Assembly (NCBI GenBank): GCA_013265495.1
Contig: MU058384.1
Location: forward strand, 1,303,690 to 1,367,689
DNA from: Vicugna vicugna
Lineage: Eukaryota
Length of the DNA stretch: 64,000 bases
Direction of reading: 5' to 3'
Shown here: positions 40,066 through 51,800 of the stretch, in pieces
How the letters are laid out: each line of letters begins with the position of its first letter
Position numbering within the stretch: the first letter of the stretch is position 1
Position numbers and translations under genes: made by a program
The notes under the pieces: model-generated
Seen by the model: the letters and a program-made list of their open reading frames with translations, nothing else
What the model was told of the DNA's origin: nothing
Databases searched by the model: none

Positions 40066-43000
40066 ATCTGAAGTTTAACAGTTTTTGATATCAATGTCTT
40101 TATTGAATGCTGTGGCTATTCATCAAAAGGATGAATTAATATAAGGAATAGCTACATATATAAAACCTAATTTAAGCATCACATTCCTAAAAGTGTAATC
40201 AAATAAGTAAACAACAAATTATCATTCACATGCATTCTGCAATATAATTATTGCTTATAGTTCAGACTAATTTTAGAAATATATATTGTACTGCAGGGGA
40301 AATTTCTGTCTTTGTTTCTTTCTATGTGCTTTTTTTTATAACAAAATACGGTATGAACAACAAATTCATTACTTGTAAAGCATCTGCATCATAATTCTTC
40401 CACATCTACTAATTACAAAATATTTTACAGATTTTTCTCAATTCAGTGAACAGGTAAAGTGGTTCAAAATGGAAAGACTGTTTCATATCCAAATATTATC
40501 ATAAAATATTTGTCATTTTTAAATTGGCAACTGAAAAGTCACCGAGGAGTAACAAGGAGCATCCTTCTCATTTTTTGATGGCTAGGATGACTCCTTTCTG
40601 TATTTTTCCTACTTTATTGGTATCCAGTCTGAAAACTCAGGGTCTCTTTCAAATGTAGAGCTCCTTTACAAGCACTGAAATTACTGAGGCAATTTATTCT
40701 TGCACAATAAAGTCTACATATAACATGTCATTCTACAACCCTCATGCTAATCCAACAAAAACAGAACTCATACATGAACTAAAATCTGAAGCATAGCTCC
40801 ATGGGAAGGTGGTGTTTTAAGACATTTACATTTAAAAGAAAGGAAATAATTCATCTTCCTTGAAAAACATAAATAATCCTAGAAATTTTGGACATAGTTA
40901 AATTTTATCCAAAGCAGAAATTTTCATGCATGTTAATTTTCACATATCTTAAAAAATGTATAGATTTTTATTTCAATAATCATTTGCTAGTATCTGCAAC
41001 TTTCTTTAAGGCTAAATAAATGAGGAAGCCATCTTGTTTTTCCACATCACTGGCTCTAGCATGCTATAGAGATCACCATGACAACAGGAGCTGGTTTGCC
41101 TGGTGTGAAGACAACAGTGTAGGCCTCATTTCCTAAATGCATGTTTCCACTAAAGTTGAATCACCAATTAAAAGACTCCTTTCTGCCCTTGGGGGCTTCA
41201 GAGATGCAAACAGTGTCGGGAAGGCTGGCTGGTCAGCTGCTACACCTAGTAACTCCTCCTGATTATATAAAAATTAAATGACTCAGAAAAAAAAAAAAGA
41301 AGATATTTCTGAATTGCATTGAATAGGAGTTAATACTCAAAATCAAAAGACTTAACTTGAAATTGTGAACTACTATCCTTGTTATAATCTGTGATTACTT
41401 TTAAAACCCTAAAAAAGGAGTATTCTGAATGTGTTTTTAAGTATCTTATTACGGTAGTATGACATACACAATAATGTTGTTTGTTATCTCTTTGTCAAAC
41501 ATGTGAATAACACAGAAATGTAATAATAAAAATTTATACAGATTCTTTAAAAGATATGAAAAAGTGTGATGATTACAGAAAAGTAAAATTTAAATGTTAT
41601 TCTTAATATATTCATAAAGAATGCCTTTATTATTTAAAGCAAAAAAAATAAAAATTCTTTAAAGACCCAGATTCATAAAAAAAGAATTTTCTTGACATTT
41701 AACATTCAAATTACAAATGTCATTTATGAGTTTGATTTTAAGAAAAGAAATGTGTGTCTATTTTAGTGGGTAAATGAAGAAACTGAAAAGTTTAATGGAA
41801 GTATTTTTGAATAAATGTAGTAATTTCTAAAATATAGATCAGTGTTATTTTCTGGGTATAATGATAAATGATAACTAATGTTTGTCATCTACCCCCCCTA
41901 ATGAATACTGTTCTATGAATTTCTCCTTTCTGTAACAACTGGATAAATACATGTTTCAGTTTTGAGATTTTATTATCCTTATTTATAAATGAAATACTAA
42001 AAATATTCAAATTATGTTACTCAGTGTATCTCTGATTTTTTATAATAAGAAAGGAAGGATATAAGAAGTTCAACAAAATTAATTTTCAAGTAAAATTACA
42101 CATTTCCACTAATAAGCATATAATAAAGACATGCTATTAAATAGTGTTATTTAGGAATCGTGTGCTAAACTTAACAATACACCAAAGCCAATTTTCTGTA
42201 ACATGTGTTTGTGTATTTAACTGTTTCTTTGTATAACTAATTAAATGTTTGCTGCAAAGTCTCATGGGAAGCTCATTTGCATATACCTTGTTATAATGGC
42301 TAAACACATTCTCACTAAGTATTGCCTGATGAATAGATATTTCACAAATGCCTGGCATTGACACAACAACAAACTATGGACACATGTCATCATTGCTGTA
42401 GTTCATCAGTACAACTCTCCACGGTTCTCTCTGCATAATTGGACTCATTTAGGAATCAGTCATTTGCTTATGAGTGGTAACTAGTGTAGCATTGCATTTT
42501 AATTTTAAAAGTTTAATTAAAATAAAAATTTGTTCAGTTTTTTACATATTTGAATATGTATAGCTGTTTCAATGTGAGTTCACATGCAAGTCTGATTTTA
42601 GGAGAAAATGTCACATCAGAAAATAAATTGTGAAATTCAGATATAAACCGAAATTAAAATGAATAACAAACAAAAATGTTAACATTGTATCTTCTTCACA
42701 TAGTTCTCTTATGAGAATTATATGAGATAATCCATGTAAATAAAATGATCATCAACAATAGGGTTACAGTAAGCATTAATTTCCTTCTAGCTTTTTCTCT
42801 AGAATAAAACAACTTAGAGTGACCTAAAAAGAACAGTAGGTAACTTGTGAAATTAATTATTTCAAGAGGCTCACAAAGTACTTTGGCATGGATATGAACA
42901 AAGATTGCTTAGTTTTGGTGTGATCTTAGTTTTGCAGCCATGCAACATTATAAAAGCAGAAGTTATTATGCCTTCTTCCACTTCCTGAGTAATTGGTGGT

Positions 43001-43849
43001 CTGATTAATAAGTCTTTAACACATTCAATTAAATTTTTTACAATCTAAATATCGTCTTGCTATTTCTTTCACATATTTCTAACTTCTTTAAATATCTGTC
43101 CTCAGGGATGTTCTTAACATCTCCCAATTTAGCATCATCTGTAAATTTAATTAAGTGTTTTTCCTGTCCCTCTTGTAGATCATTAAAAAGCATGCTAAAT
43201 TAAACCATGACAAACTCCTACTAGACCCCACATTGTCTTGTCATGCAAAGCATTTTACCTCACAAAATACCAAAAGTACCAATAATACTTTAAAAATGTA
43301 GGAGTTATACAGGTATTTCATTTCTGCCAATGGAAAGAACCCTGAGCATTTCTCACTAGGCGTCTACTTAAATTTACAACAGTTATAGCAGCTGTTAATT
43401 TTGATGTGAATAAATTATATTCAACTGGACTAACATTACTAAAGACACTTAAATTAACAGTTTTATATACATACGAGTAAAACTATTTTTTATGTACATA
43501 TGTGAATGAATGTATACGTCAACGCCATGTGTCAATGCAGATGCTCAACTGCTGGGAGGAATGGACTCCGGGTAAGGGCTCTGAGGAATAAAACCCAGGG
43601 AGAGAAATTAAAAGGAACTTTCACCTGTTTTGGTATAATTTTTTTTTTCCTTTTTTACAGTGAACATGATTTACATGTATTTTCAAAATGTAAACTTACC
43701 TATATATAATAATAGAACATACCTGCGAGATCTGGCCTCACCAACCGAGACGTGGCACTTTAAGAATCGGGGAACAAGAAGTCACTGAAAGAAGTTGGCC
43801 ATTTCCAAGTTCAGACAAATTAACACTTTAAAACATCAAATTTTTTAGA

Positions 43850-44000
43850 GCCGGAGCCTGTCAGCTGCCGCTGCCTCCCGGCTTCCGCCTCCCGACGTCG
43901 CCGCCGAGAGCGACGGGCGCAGGTGAAAGGTCACTCAGAGCAGAACCGGCGCGACCTTTCGTTCGGGCGCATCCCAGCAGCCACCGCGGCGATTGCGCCA
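43850..44000. promoter_or_regulatory. Small isolated CpG island; candidate promoter or enhancer
   Basis: About 22 CpG in ~150 bp by hand count in a CpG-poor window; DR1-like AGGTGA-A-AGGTCA at 43921-43933, ETS-like cttccg, gacgtc core. Confidence 0.7.
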
Positions 44001-44149
44001 ATTTTTTTTTTTCTTCCAGTCTGTCATCAAACCTCTCTTCAGAACATACTACGCCTGAAACATTTTGCTGGGTTGGACCTGGAATGCAGAGCTCATTCAT
44101 CAGGAGGCCGTATGGCTAGTGGCTAAGATGGCTAGTGGCTATGGCTTTA

Positions 44150-44335
44150 ACAACTAATGGGCATGTGGCCTTAAGCAGATGAATTGACCTCTCGGAGCAT
44201 CAACTTCCTCAACTCACAAATGAGTATAATAGTAGTACCTATCTCATACAGTTGTGAGGATTAAATAAAATAATTTTCCTTATTTTTGTAAACCTTTGTA
44301 ATAGTGCCTGGCACTAAGAGCACTATAAATGCAGT
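44150..44335 (+). mobile_element. MIR
   Basis: tgtggccttaagcag..acctctcggagcatcaacttcctc..aaatgagtataatagtagtacctatctcatacagttgtgaggattaaataa. Confidence 0.8.
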
Positions 44336-44420
44336 ACTTGTAATTAATTCAATACAAAGTTATTGAGAGTTGGTCCCAGCTGTCTAAAATCCTTTTGGAA
44401 CGAGAAAAATTGTAAGTAAG

Positions 44421-44776
44421 TACTATAGATTGAATATTTGTGTCCTCCCAGAATTCACATACTAAAACCCTAAATACCAACAGGATGGTATTTAGAGGCG
44501 GGGACTGTGGGAGGGGCTTAGGTCATGGGGTTAGACCCCCTCATGAATGGGATTTGGGACTTTATAAAAGAGACCTCAGAGAGCTCTTCCCCCTTGTGAG
44601 GATACAAAGTGAAGACAGCCATCTGTGAACAGGAAGCAGACCCTAACCAGACGTGGAATCTGCTGGCAGCATTATCTGAACTTCCCAGCTTCCAGAACTA
44701 TGAGAAATAAATTTCTGTTGTTTATAAGTTACCAAGTCTATGGTAATCTGTTTTAGCAGCCCAAACAGACTAGGAG
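44421..44776 (+). mobile_element. MaLR solo LTR (MLT1A-like)
   Basis: ttgaatatttgtgtcctcccagaattcacat..ccagaactatgagaaataaatttctgttgtttataag..tagcagcccaaacagactag. Confidence 0.88.
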
Positions 44777-45224
44777 GGGAAGCCAATAAACAAACACAAG
44801 ACTATAAATAAATAAATAAACAGGGACAGCTGAATGAATTGTAATAAACGGTCCCTTGATGTAGTTTATGTTCTAATTAAATGGAGAAACAAACCAAGTA
44901 AGTTGTATAACACATTGTGCTACATCATGATAGTCCTTTGAATAAAGCCATTTGCAAATAGATGCTAGTGATCACTTCTACTTGTGAGGGCAGAGAAAGT
45001 CTCAGAAAGGTTATGATATTCTTGCTAAAGTCTAAAATAAGAATATAAGGACACAGCATTGAAAATCATGTTCAGCCAGGCCTTTCATGTATACTTTTTC
45101 TTATGTTTACAGATGCAAGTCCAAACTGTTTAGCTCTGGAATAAAATATCCTACACAGTCTGGCTCCAAATTATCTTTCCAGTTTCATCTTTTCATTCCA
45201 CCTTAATATCCATCAGAATGTCCC

Positions 45225-45530
45225 CCTATCTCCCCATAATCCAACAATGGTAGGGACAGATGTGTCTTCAAATGCAGAATTTTTCAGAGTTTAGAAAGGT
45301 AATTCAGTACCCAACTTTAGATTCCCAGGGGTCTGGGGTAACACCATGTAATCAAACACATCAGTACACCTGCAACAAAACAAAGCTGTTCATCTCAGGC
45401 CAGTTCAGGTGAGGTTCTCCTGACAACTAAGGTCAGATCCGATCAGGGCCAATACCAAAAGAGTTAGGAAAAACTTTTATTTTATGAATCTTTGGGGACT
45501 TTGGAATTGTGAATAAGGGATTGTTGATCT
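45225..45530. mobile_element. Possible ancient TcMar-Tigger-type DNA transposon remnant
   Basis: End tttggaattgtgaataaggggattgt is roughly complementary to the start cccctatctccccataattcca; family not resolved. Confidence 0.4.
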
Positions 45531-45599
45531 CCATCACCCAAATATGACGTGCTCTTTTGTTCCTCTGTAAAATCTCTGTTACTAATGCCTCTTCTGCCT

Positions 45600-45870
45600 T
45601 TCAAATAATTCATCCTTCAAGGCTCAACTCAGATATCATCATCTTGATGAAGATAATGTATGACATCCATGACACATCTCTGGGTCTCATTAGTACTTTG
45701 TGAATCCCTCTCTTATTGTTTTGATGACATTGTACACTAATTATGTGTTTAAATGTTTGTCACTACTTCTTAACTGTAAGCTTTCAAAGGCAGGGCTTGT
45801 GTCTTACTCTTCTTAGTATCCTCTGTTCATAATATAGCATCTGGCATATGGTAGATGCTCAGTATTAGTG
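45600..45870 (+). mobile_element. L2 3' fragment
   Basis: tcatccttcaaggctcaactcagatatca..actgtaagctttcaaaggcagggcttgtgtctt..ctggcatatggtagatgctcagta. Confidence 0.75.
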
Positions 45871-47550
45871 AGGAATAGGGTGGACTCAGCACCATTTAGG
45901 AATATAAAACAAGTATGCAAATGTTCAAAAATCTATCATCAAACTTGAAGGGACAGAAGTCATATGAATGATTCAGACTAAAGGTTACAGAAAAATAATT
46001 AGAACAAGTTTCATTTCTACATATACAAATGAGGAGAGTGTTTAGGAGATGGTAACTGAAGAAACATGTTTATGAAGGGGAATCCAGGCTTAAAAATCAC
46101 GTTAGGGAAGCAGTCCAGATGAGCAGGAGGGAATGATTCATGTCAGAGGCAAATAGGAGTTAAAGCCACAAAAAGTGGATGCTGCTAAATTAAAGAGATT
46201 TTGGAACTCGGTAATAACAGTCTGTTCTCATTCTCCAGCACATCAGACACCAGTGCTTTTATGCTTCTGTACTGGACAAGTGAAAACCCAGTAGAACGAA
46301 ACTGGGTAATAAATCCTTCTTTTCTGATATGTTACGTTTGGGCAGGAAAACAATTTATACTGACTAATAAGCAAAACAATTTTTAGGTGGATGGTTGATG
46401 AAGGAAATCATTGCTCATTCCTGCACACTGAACCATGAAAAACAAATACAGGAAAGTTGATTTGAAAGTGAGGCAGTAAGATCAATGAAAAAGAGGTTAA
46501 TAGTTTTCTAAAGAAAAAAGGATAATTGATGGATGAAATTTTAAAATGCTTTAGTTGTTTATTCCAACTCTAAGAGGAAAAAATATACTTGCTAATTTGT
46601 TGAAAGTTAAAAAGATGATAGAGAATTTCCAAACCTAAGAGGAGAGGGAGTAAGAATTTTTGCAAAATTTTCTTTAGTGACCTTGATTATAGAATTTTTT
46701 TAAAAAGGAAAGTACAATTATTAAAACTGATGTTATATACTTTATGACATTTTTCCCAAAGTATGTTGTGTCTAATATTAATGTTTTCTTTTCCACTGGA
46801 TTAAAGATTAGTAAAAATTTCTATTTCCAGAATGGCAGACCCGAGGGGAGGTCTGGACCCTTCTGTGGTATGATTTTGATAAGTCCATCACAGAAATCTC
46901 TTACTCCAACATCAGCTTTTGGCCTGTCATGGAACCCAAGTATCAACCACAAGAGATCATTCCACTCAGTCTTCTTGCAGGGTTTCCATCTATGGGGTTT
47001 TTCTATCCGAATCCAAATACTCTCCAGAAGGTAGTTCTTTAAATCCCTATAAACTTCAGTAGTTTAGCACCCATTCATTCACCCATTCATTCGTGGCCAG
47101 CTGCAAAGTTGAAGGTAGTGAGAGAGGATGTAGGCACCTCATCTAGAATTAAACAAAAAGTAAACAAAAAGGTAGGAAGGGTTCTGTGATGAGGGGTAGA
47201 AGAGAAACAGACAAACGCCACTTTGTTTAATGAAATTATGCACACAAGAGAGTGCATTCCTAAAATGCCAGCGCCTCTTCCTTTGCAGTACCTGGTTTCA
47301 CAGCAAACAGAGTTGACCCTCAGTTAATCATAAAATGGCATAAACCAGGAGCCTGGATCCCTTAATCCTGCCTGTTAATTCCAGTATTACCCTGCTTGAC
47401 GTCACTGACTCTTTTGAATTGCTCTTTTAGAAAACATCTTAGATTCTTAGGCAACATTTTAAGAGATTGTATTCTAAAACCACTTACTAAAAATTATATA
47501 CCACATTTACAAAAAAAGTATATTGTTAACTAAAAGAGTAATAAACATCT

Positions 47551-47843
47551 TTTTAATTGAGATACACCTGACAACAGCATTATATTAGTTTCAAGTGTAC
47601 AACATAACAATTTCATATTTGTATATATTGTGAAATGATCACCACATTAAGTCTAGTTAATTCCCAGCACCATAAATAGTTACAATTTTTTTCTTGTGAT
47701 AAGAACTTTTAATATCTACTCTCTTAGTAACTTTCAAATACACAATATAGTATCATTAACTATAGTCACCATGCTGTACATTACATCCCCATGACTTACT
47801 TACTTTATAACTGAGTTAAAGTGGCCAGAAGGTACAAACTTCC
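47551..47843 (-). mobile_element. LINE-1 3' end (L1MA9-like) with short 5' inversion
   Basis: Antisense 3' end 47551-47813, then sense piece agttaaagtggccagaaggtacaaacttcc; TSD agtaataaacatct (47537-47550) / agtagtaaacatct (47844-47857). Confidence 0.85.
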
Positions 47844-49679
47844 AGTAGTAAACATCTATAAGTAAATGTTTACATTAAATTAGTCAAGGTGATTTCCATT
47901 CTTAAATAAAAGCCACAGTGCTGAACTTCTTAGAAATAATAACACCAATAGATTAAGGATCCATTAAACTCTGAGCCCTACCCATGTTGGCATGAACTTT
48001 ACTATATTCTAATTACATGTAATTCGATATTTAGTTCATATTAATGTAACTGCTTAAATATTTTTTGAAATCAGGAGGAATAAAAATAAATAAATCTTGT
48101 TTTACTAATTTTACTTTAAGGTGCATTCAGAAAAATGTGATCTACCCATTAGAGTAATAGACTAGCTGACCTCTCCAATCACTTTCTTATGTTATGAAAA
48201 ACCTTGAATTTCTTTAAGCAGAATTTGTACAATTTTACATGTACATGTATTCTCATAGCTCTCCATCTCCAAAATTCTGATTTTTCTTATATTTTCTTCT
48301 GTATATATCTAGCACAATGTCATGCTTACCCTGGAATCTGAATAATTTTATTTTGATTACTTGGGGATAAGCAATAAAATATAATTTGTGAATCCTGGAG
48401 AAATGTATTGTTCTTTTTCTCTCTCATATCTCTCTCTCTCTTTCTCACACACATACACCCACAATTTAATACACACACATGAAGACACACATCAACATAC
48501 ACACCTGCAAACACATATAATTTTAAAACTCTTTTACACCTTAACCTAATCCCAAACAGAATAAACAATAATTTATTTTTAAAGTGCATAGATAAAGATC
48601 AAAAACTGTTACAAAAAATAATGACCAAAAATAAATGTTAAAAGGGAAAACCAGAGGAAGAATGCAGGCAGGAAATCCTACCTGAAGAACAGGGCTGTCA
48701 TTGGGCCAAGTCTTAGTGCATAGTTTCCTAACAGCCTAAGCAAGGAGACAACATGATGGATTACAGGGCTATCATTTTCTAGGAAAAGAAAGCACACCAG
48801 TTCATCAACAGAGGCAAACTTTCCTATCCCTGAGTTCGAAGATGAATTTGTCAAAACGATCTTTATATAACAGGCAGTGAGCTCCATAATGTCCCCCATA
48901 GCAATTTTACAAGCAATATAGAGACGTTCCACATGGCTATTCCTTATAGTGCTCTGACACTGAAGCCAAGTGCATGTTGAAAGTTGTAGTTCTATAAAAG
49001 CAGTGTGGGAGGTGAAGGTGGGGAATGCAGAGAAAAAGGAGAAGTTGGCAGGAAGAAAAGGCACAGATATGTATGTTTCTGCAACATGGCTTAATGCAAA
49101 CTGATGTTTAAACTATATAGAAAACTGGATAATTAATATTTTCTTAGAATATCTTGTTTGAATATCAGTGCTTTTCCCAGTTTCTGGTAGAAGTTATATT
49201 GCAGATCGTTTAGATATACTAAGTTACCAGACACATAGATAACAAAGATGGTATATCATTCTGAGAACTGAATAAATTATTGTATATTTACCATCTTAAA
49301 TAACCAAACCACATGCACATGACATGGTCTCTAGACAGCATCTATTTATTTGTGTCTTTCTTTGTCTTATGTTTGTCCAGATAGCTCTGTGTTTTGAATC
49401 AGTGCTCAGTAGAAGCATCAAGGTTCTGCCCCATAAACAGTGTACACTGATATACATGTAGCTTGTGTGGACACTGAAACTCTTGCTTTATTGGTTTGGT
49501 TATCTGGCTTCATGGAATTTTAGATATCAAAATTGTATTTCAAATCTCTATAATTTGCCTAGAAGAAAGACGAGTGTTAGGCAACCTATAAAGGTGACTT
49601 TGTGGCTTTTCACTTCTAAAAGAAGCTATTTGCTTAAGATTTGAAACTAGCCTTTATAATAATAAATGTAACCAGATAT

Positions 49680-49880
49680 AGTAAGAGCTTTGTGTTTAGA
49701 CCCGGGTTTTAATCTCAGTTCTGACAAATACTAGGAAAGTGAGCTTGGGCAAGTGGCTTAACTTTTGTTAACTTCAGTTTTTTCATCTGTAAAATGGTGA
49801 TGGTAATCCCTCCCTTCCGGATTGTCTGGAGAATGACAGGTCGTGTGCCTAAAAACAGCGCACATAGGATTCGTAGTCAC
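49680..49880 (+). mobile_element. MIR
   Basis: agacccgggttttaatctcagttctg..gtgagcttgggcaagtggcttaac..cagttttttcatctgtaaaatgg. Confidence 0.8.
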
Positions 49881-50769
49881 TCAGTCAGCCAGCCCATCAG
49901 TCGGCCCTGGCTAGTAGGCATCTTGAGTATTACAATCCCAACTTCCGAACTGAGTCTTCTTTTCACAGAAGCAGAGGCTCCAGTTCATTCCATACACTGT
50001 TTGCTAAAGGATTTGTGGTCTCTAAATGCTAAAAATAAATTTTAGAAAAACCTATATACAGATAAATACATGCATAAGTAAAGGAGGGAAGTAAGAAGCT
50101 TAGATTGAAAACACCTCATGTGGGCTACATATGTGAACCATAATAATCATGAGCTTTATTCTGTTCATAACCTTATGGGACCTACAGGGTTTTTTTATTG
50201 GCTTTTTTTTTTAATTTCAGATGCTTTGGATAAAGAGATTTCACAAAGACTGTCTAGAGCAATTTCCAGAAGAAAACCTTTGCTAATGCTTTCATGATAG
50301 TTTTTGTGGAGTTAAATTTTTATTTAAAGTAAAATTTTTACTTAAACTAAAATGTAAACCATTTAATCCAGGAGCTGCTGCAATAGGTGAAACCCATTGA
50401 TTTATCTATGGCCCTAAGCTCACAATGGTCCCTTCATAGACCCCCTCCCCCACTTGACACTTTCTACCGTTGGAGGCAGAGTCTCAAAATGTAACAGAGC
50501 GGCTCAAAAAGCTGAGAGTATCCTAGGACAATAGCACTTTGCATGAGTGTATCTTGAAATTTTGCCGACTTTGAGTGTGTGTATACCTACCTATATAAAA
50601 ATATGAATAGACAATGCCTTAATCTCTCTCTTTCTATCAGACAATCGTATAAATGAAAAGGACTATAATTCTGCAAATCAATTATTACTTTCCTTTTGTC
50701 TTGTTTATTATCTACGAGAAGGGGACGGTATTGACTCTCATATCTGTTATTTTCTGTCACTTAAAAGCA

Positions 50770-50985
50770 ATATGGTATAGCAGAAAGAATGTAGGTTTCC
50801 CAACTAGACCAACCTGTATTTTAATTCAGGTTTCTCCTCTTCACTAGTTGAGGAAGCTTGAAAATACAGACACATAAACACACACAAGCGCACACACACA
50901 CACACACATACACACACACACACAGACCTCTTTAAGTCTTGGTTTCTTCATGTGTAACTAGGGTTGATAATAACTATCTCATTGT
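50770..50985 (+). mobile_element. MIR interrupted by a (CA)n microsatellite (~50868-50924)
   Basis: MIR-like 5' part, imperfect ca run, then acctctttaagtcttggtttcttcatgtgtaac. Confidence 0.65.
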
Positions 50986-51059
50986 TTAAAGTTAACTTTT
51001 CTATTCTAGAGGAAGTAAAGTAACTTTTTATTCCCTTCTACATGAACGTCCCACTATAT

Positions 51060-51800
51060 AGAAGCTGACACTCAGAGTGTAAATGAAAACTCAAGCAAGT
51101 TTTAATGCCATCTTTTTCCTCCAACACTGAGAAGATAAGGAGAGGGAAGGAATTCCAGTTGGCTCGGTAGGTTCAGGGTTATACATCTTCACCACTCCAG
51201 GCAGGGATGGGACACACGAACAACAAAGAAGGACCGAAGTGTTATCTTGACAGCCACTTACCCTTAGAAACCCTGTTCTTTTCTCACAAGTCAGAGAGTA
51301 ACAGGACTTCTATCAGGAGATCCTAGGAAGGATATGAGTAGAATGTCAGGCCAAATTCATGTCCATGGCCTCAGACTATCCCAGAGAAAGGCTACAAGTA
51401 ACCCCCAGTCTTATAGGTCCAACAGGACGATGTAGAGTCTGGTTCTTTTGAGGCAAGAAGAGATGGGGCTGGAAGGGGAGAGAGGGGATGTGTGGGGCAG
51501 CCTGATCACATCTCAAGTGTTTAGAGGAAGTGTTAAAAGGTGGAGTTGGTCAAGCGTGGCCAGGAGGACAAGGGCAGGCAACCCCAGCCAGGCAACCCCA
51601 GCCAAGCACTTCTTCAAAAATGAGAGCTAAAATCCAATCTCAAATTTTCAGTGATTCCCAAATCTGAGTCAGAGTCAAATGCCTCAGACAGTTTTATATC
51701 TAAGGCCTAAAGCTTTTAACTTCCTTAAGGGCTGGTTCTGTGGCCAGATAAAATCTCTGTATAAAATGGCTGCTCCTTCCAAGAGTCTAGACCCTAGAAA
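51060..51800. mobile_element. Possible ancient LTR remnant
   Basis: Composition shift and LTR-like motifs, internal duplication caggcaaccccagcca x2; family and boundaries unresolved. Confidence 0.3.

Noticed and set aside
46819..47034. Plus-strand exon starting MADPRGGLDPSV after ttctatttccag
   Set aside because: Peptide not recognised and no partner exons could be linked.
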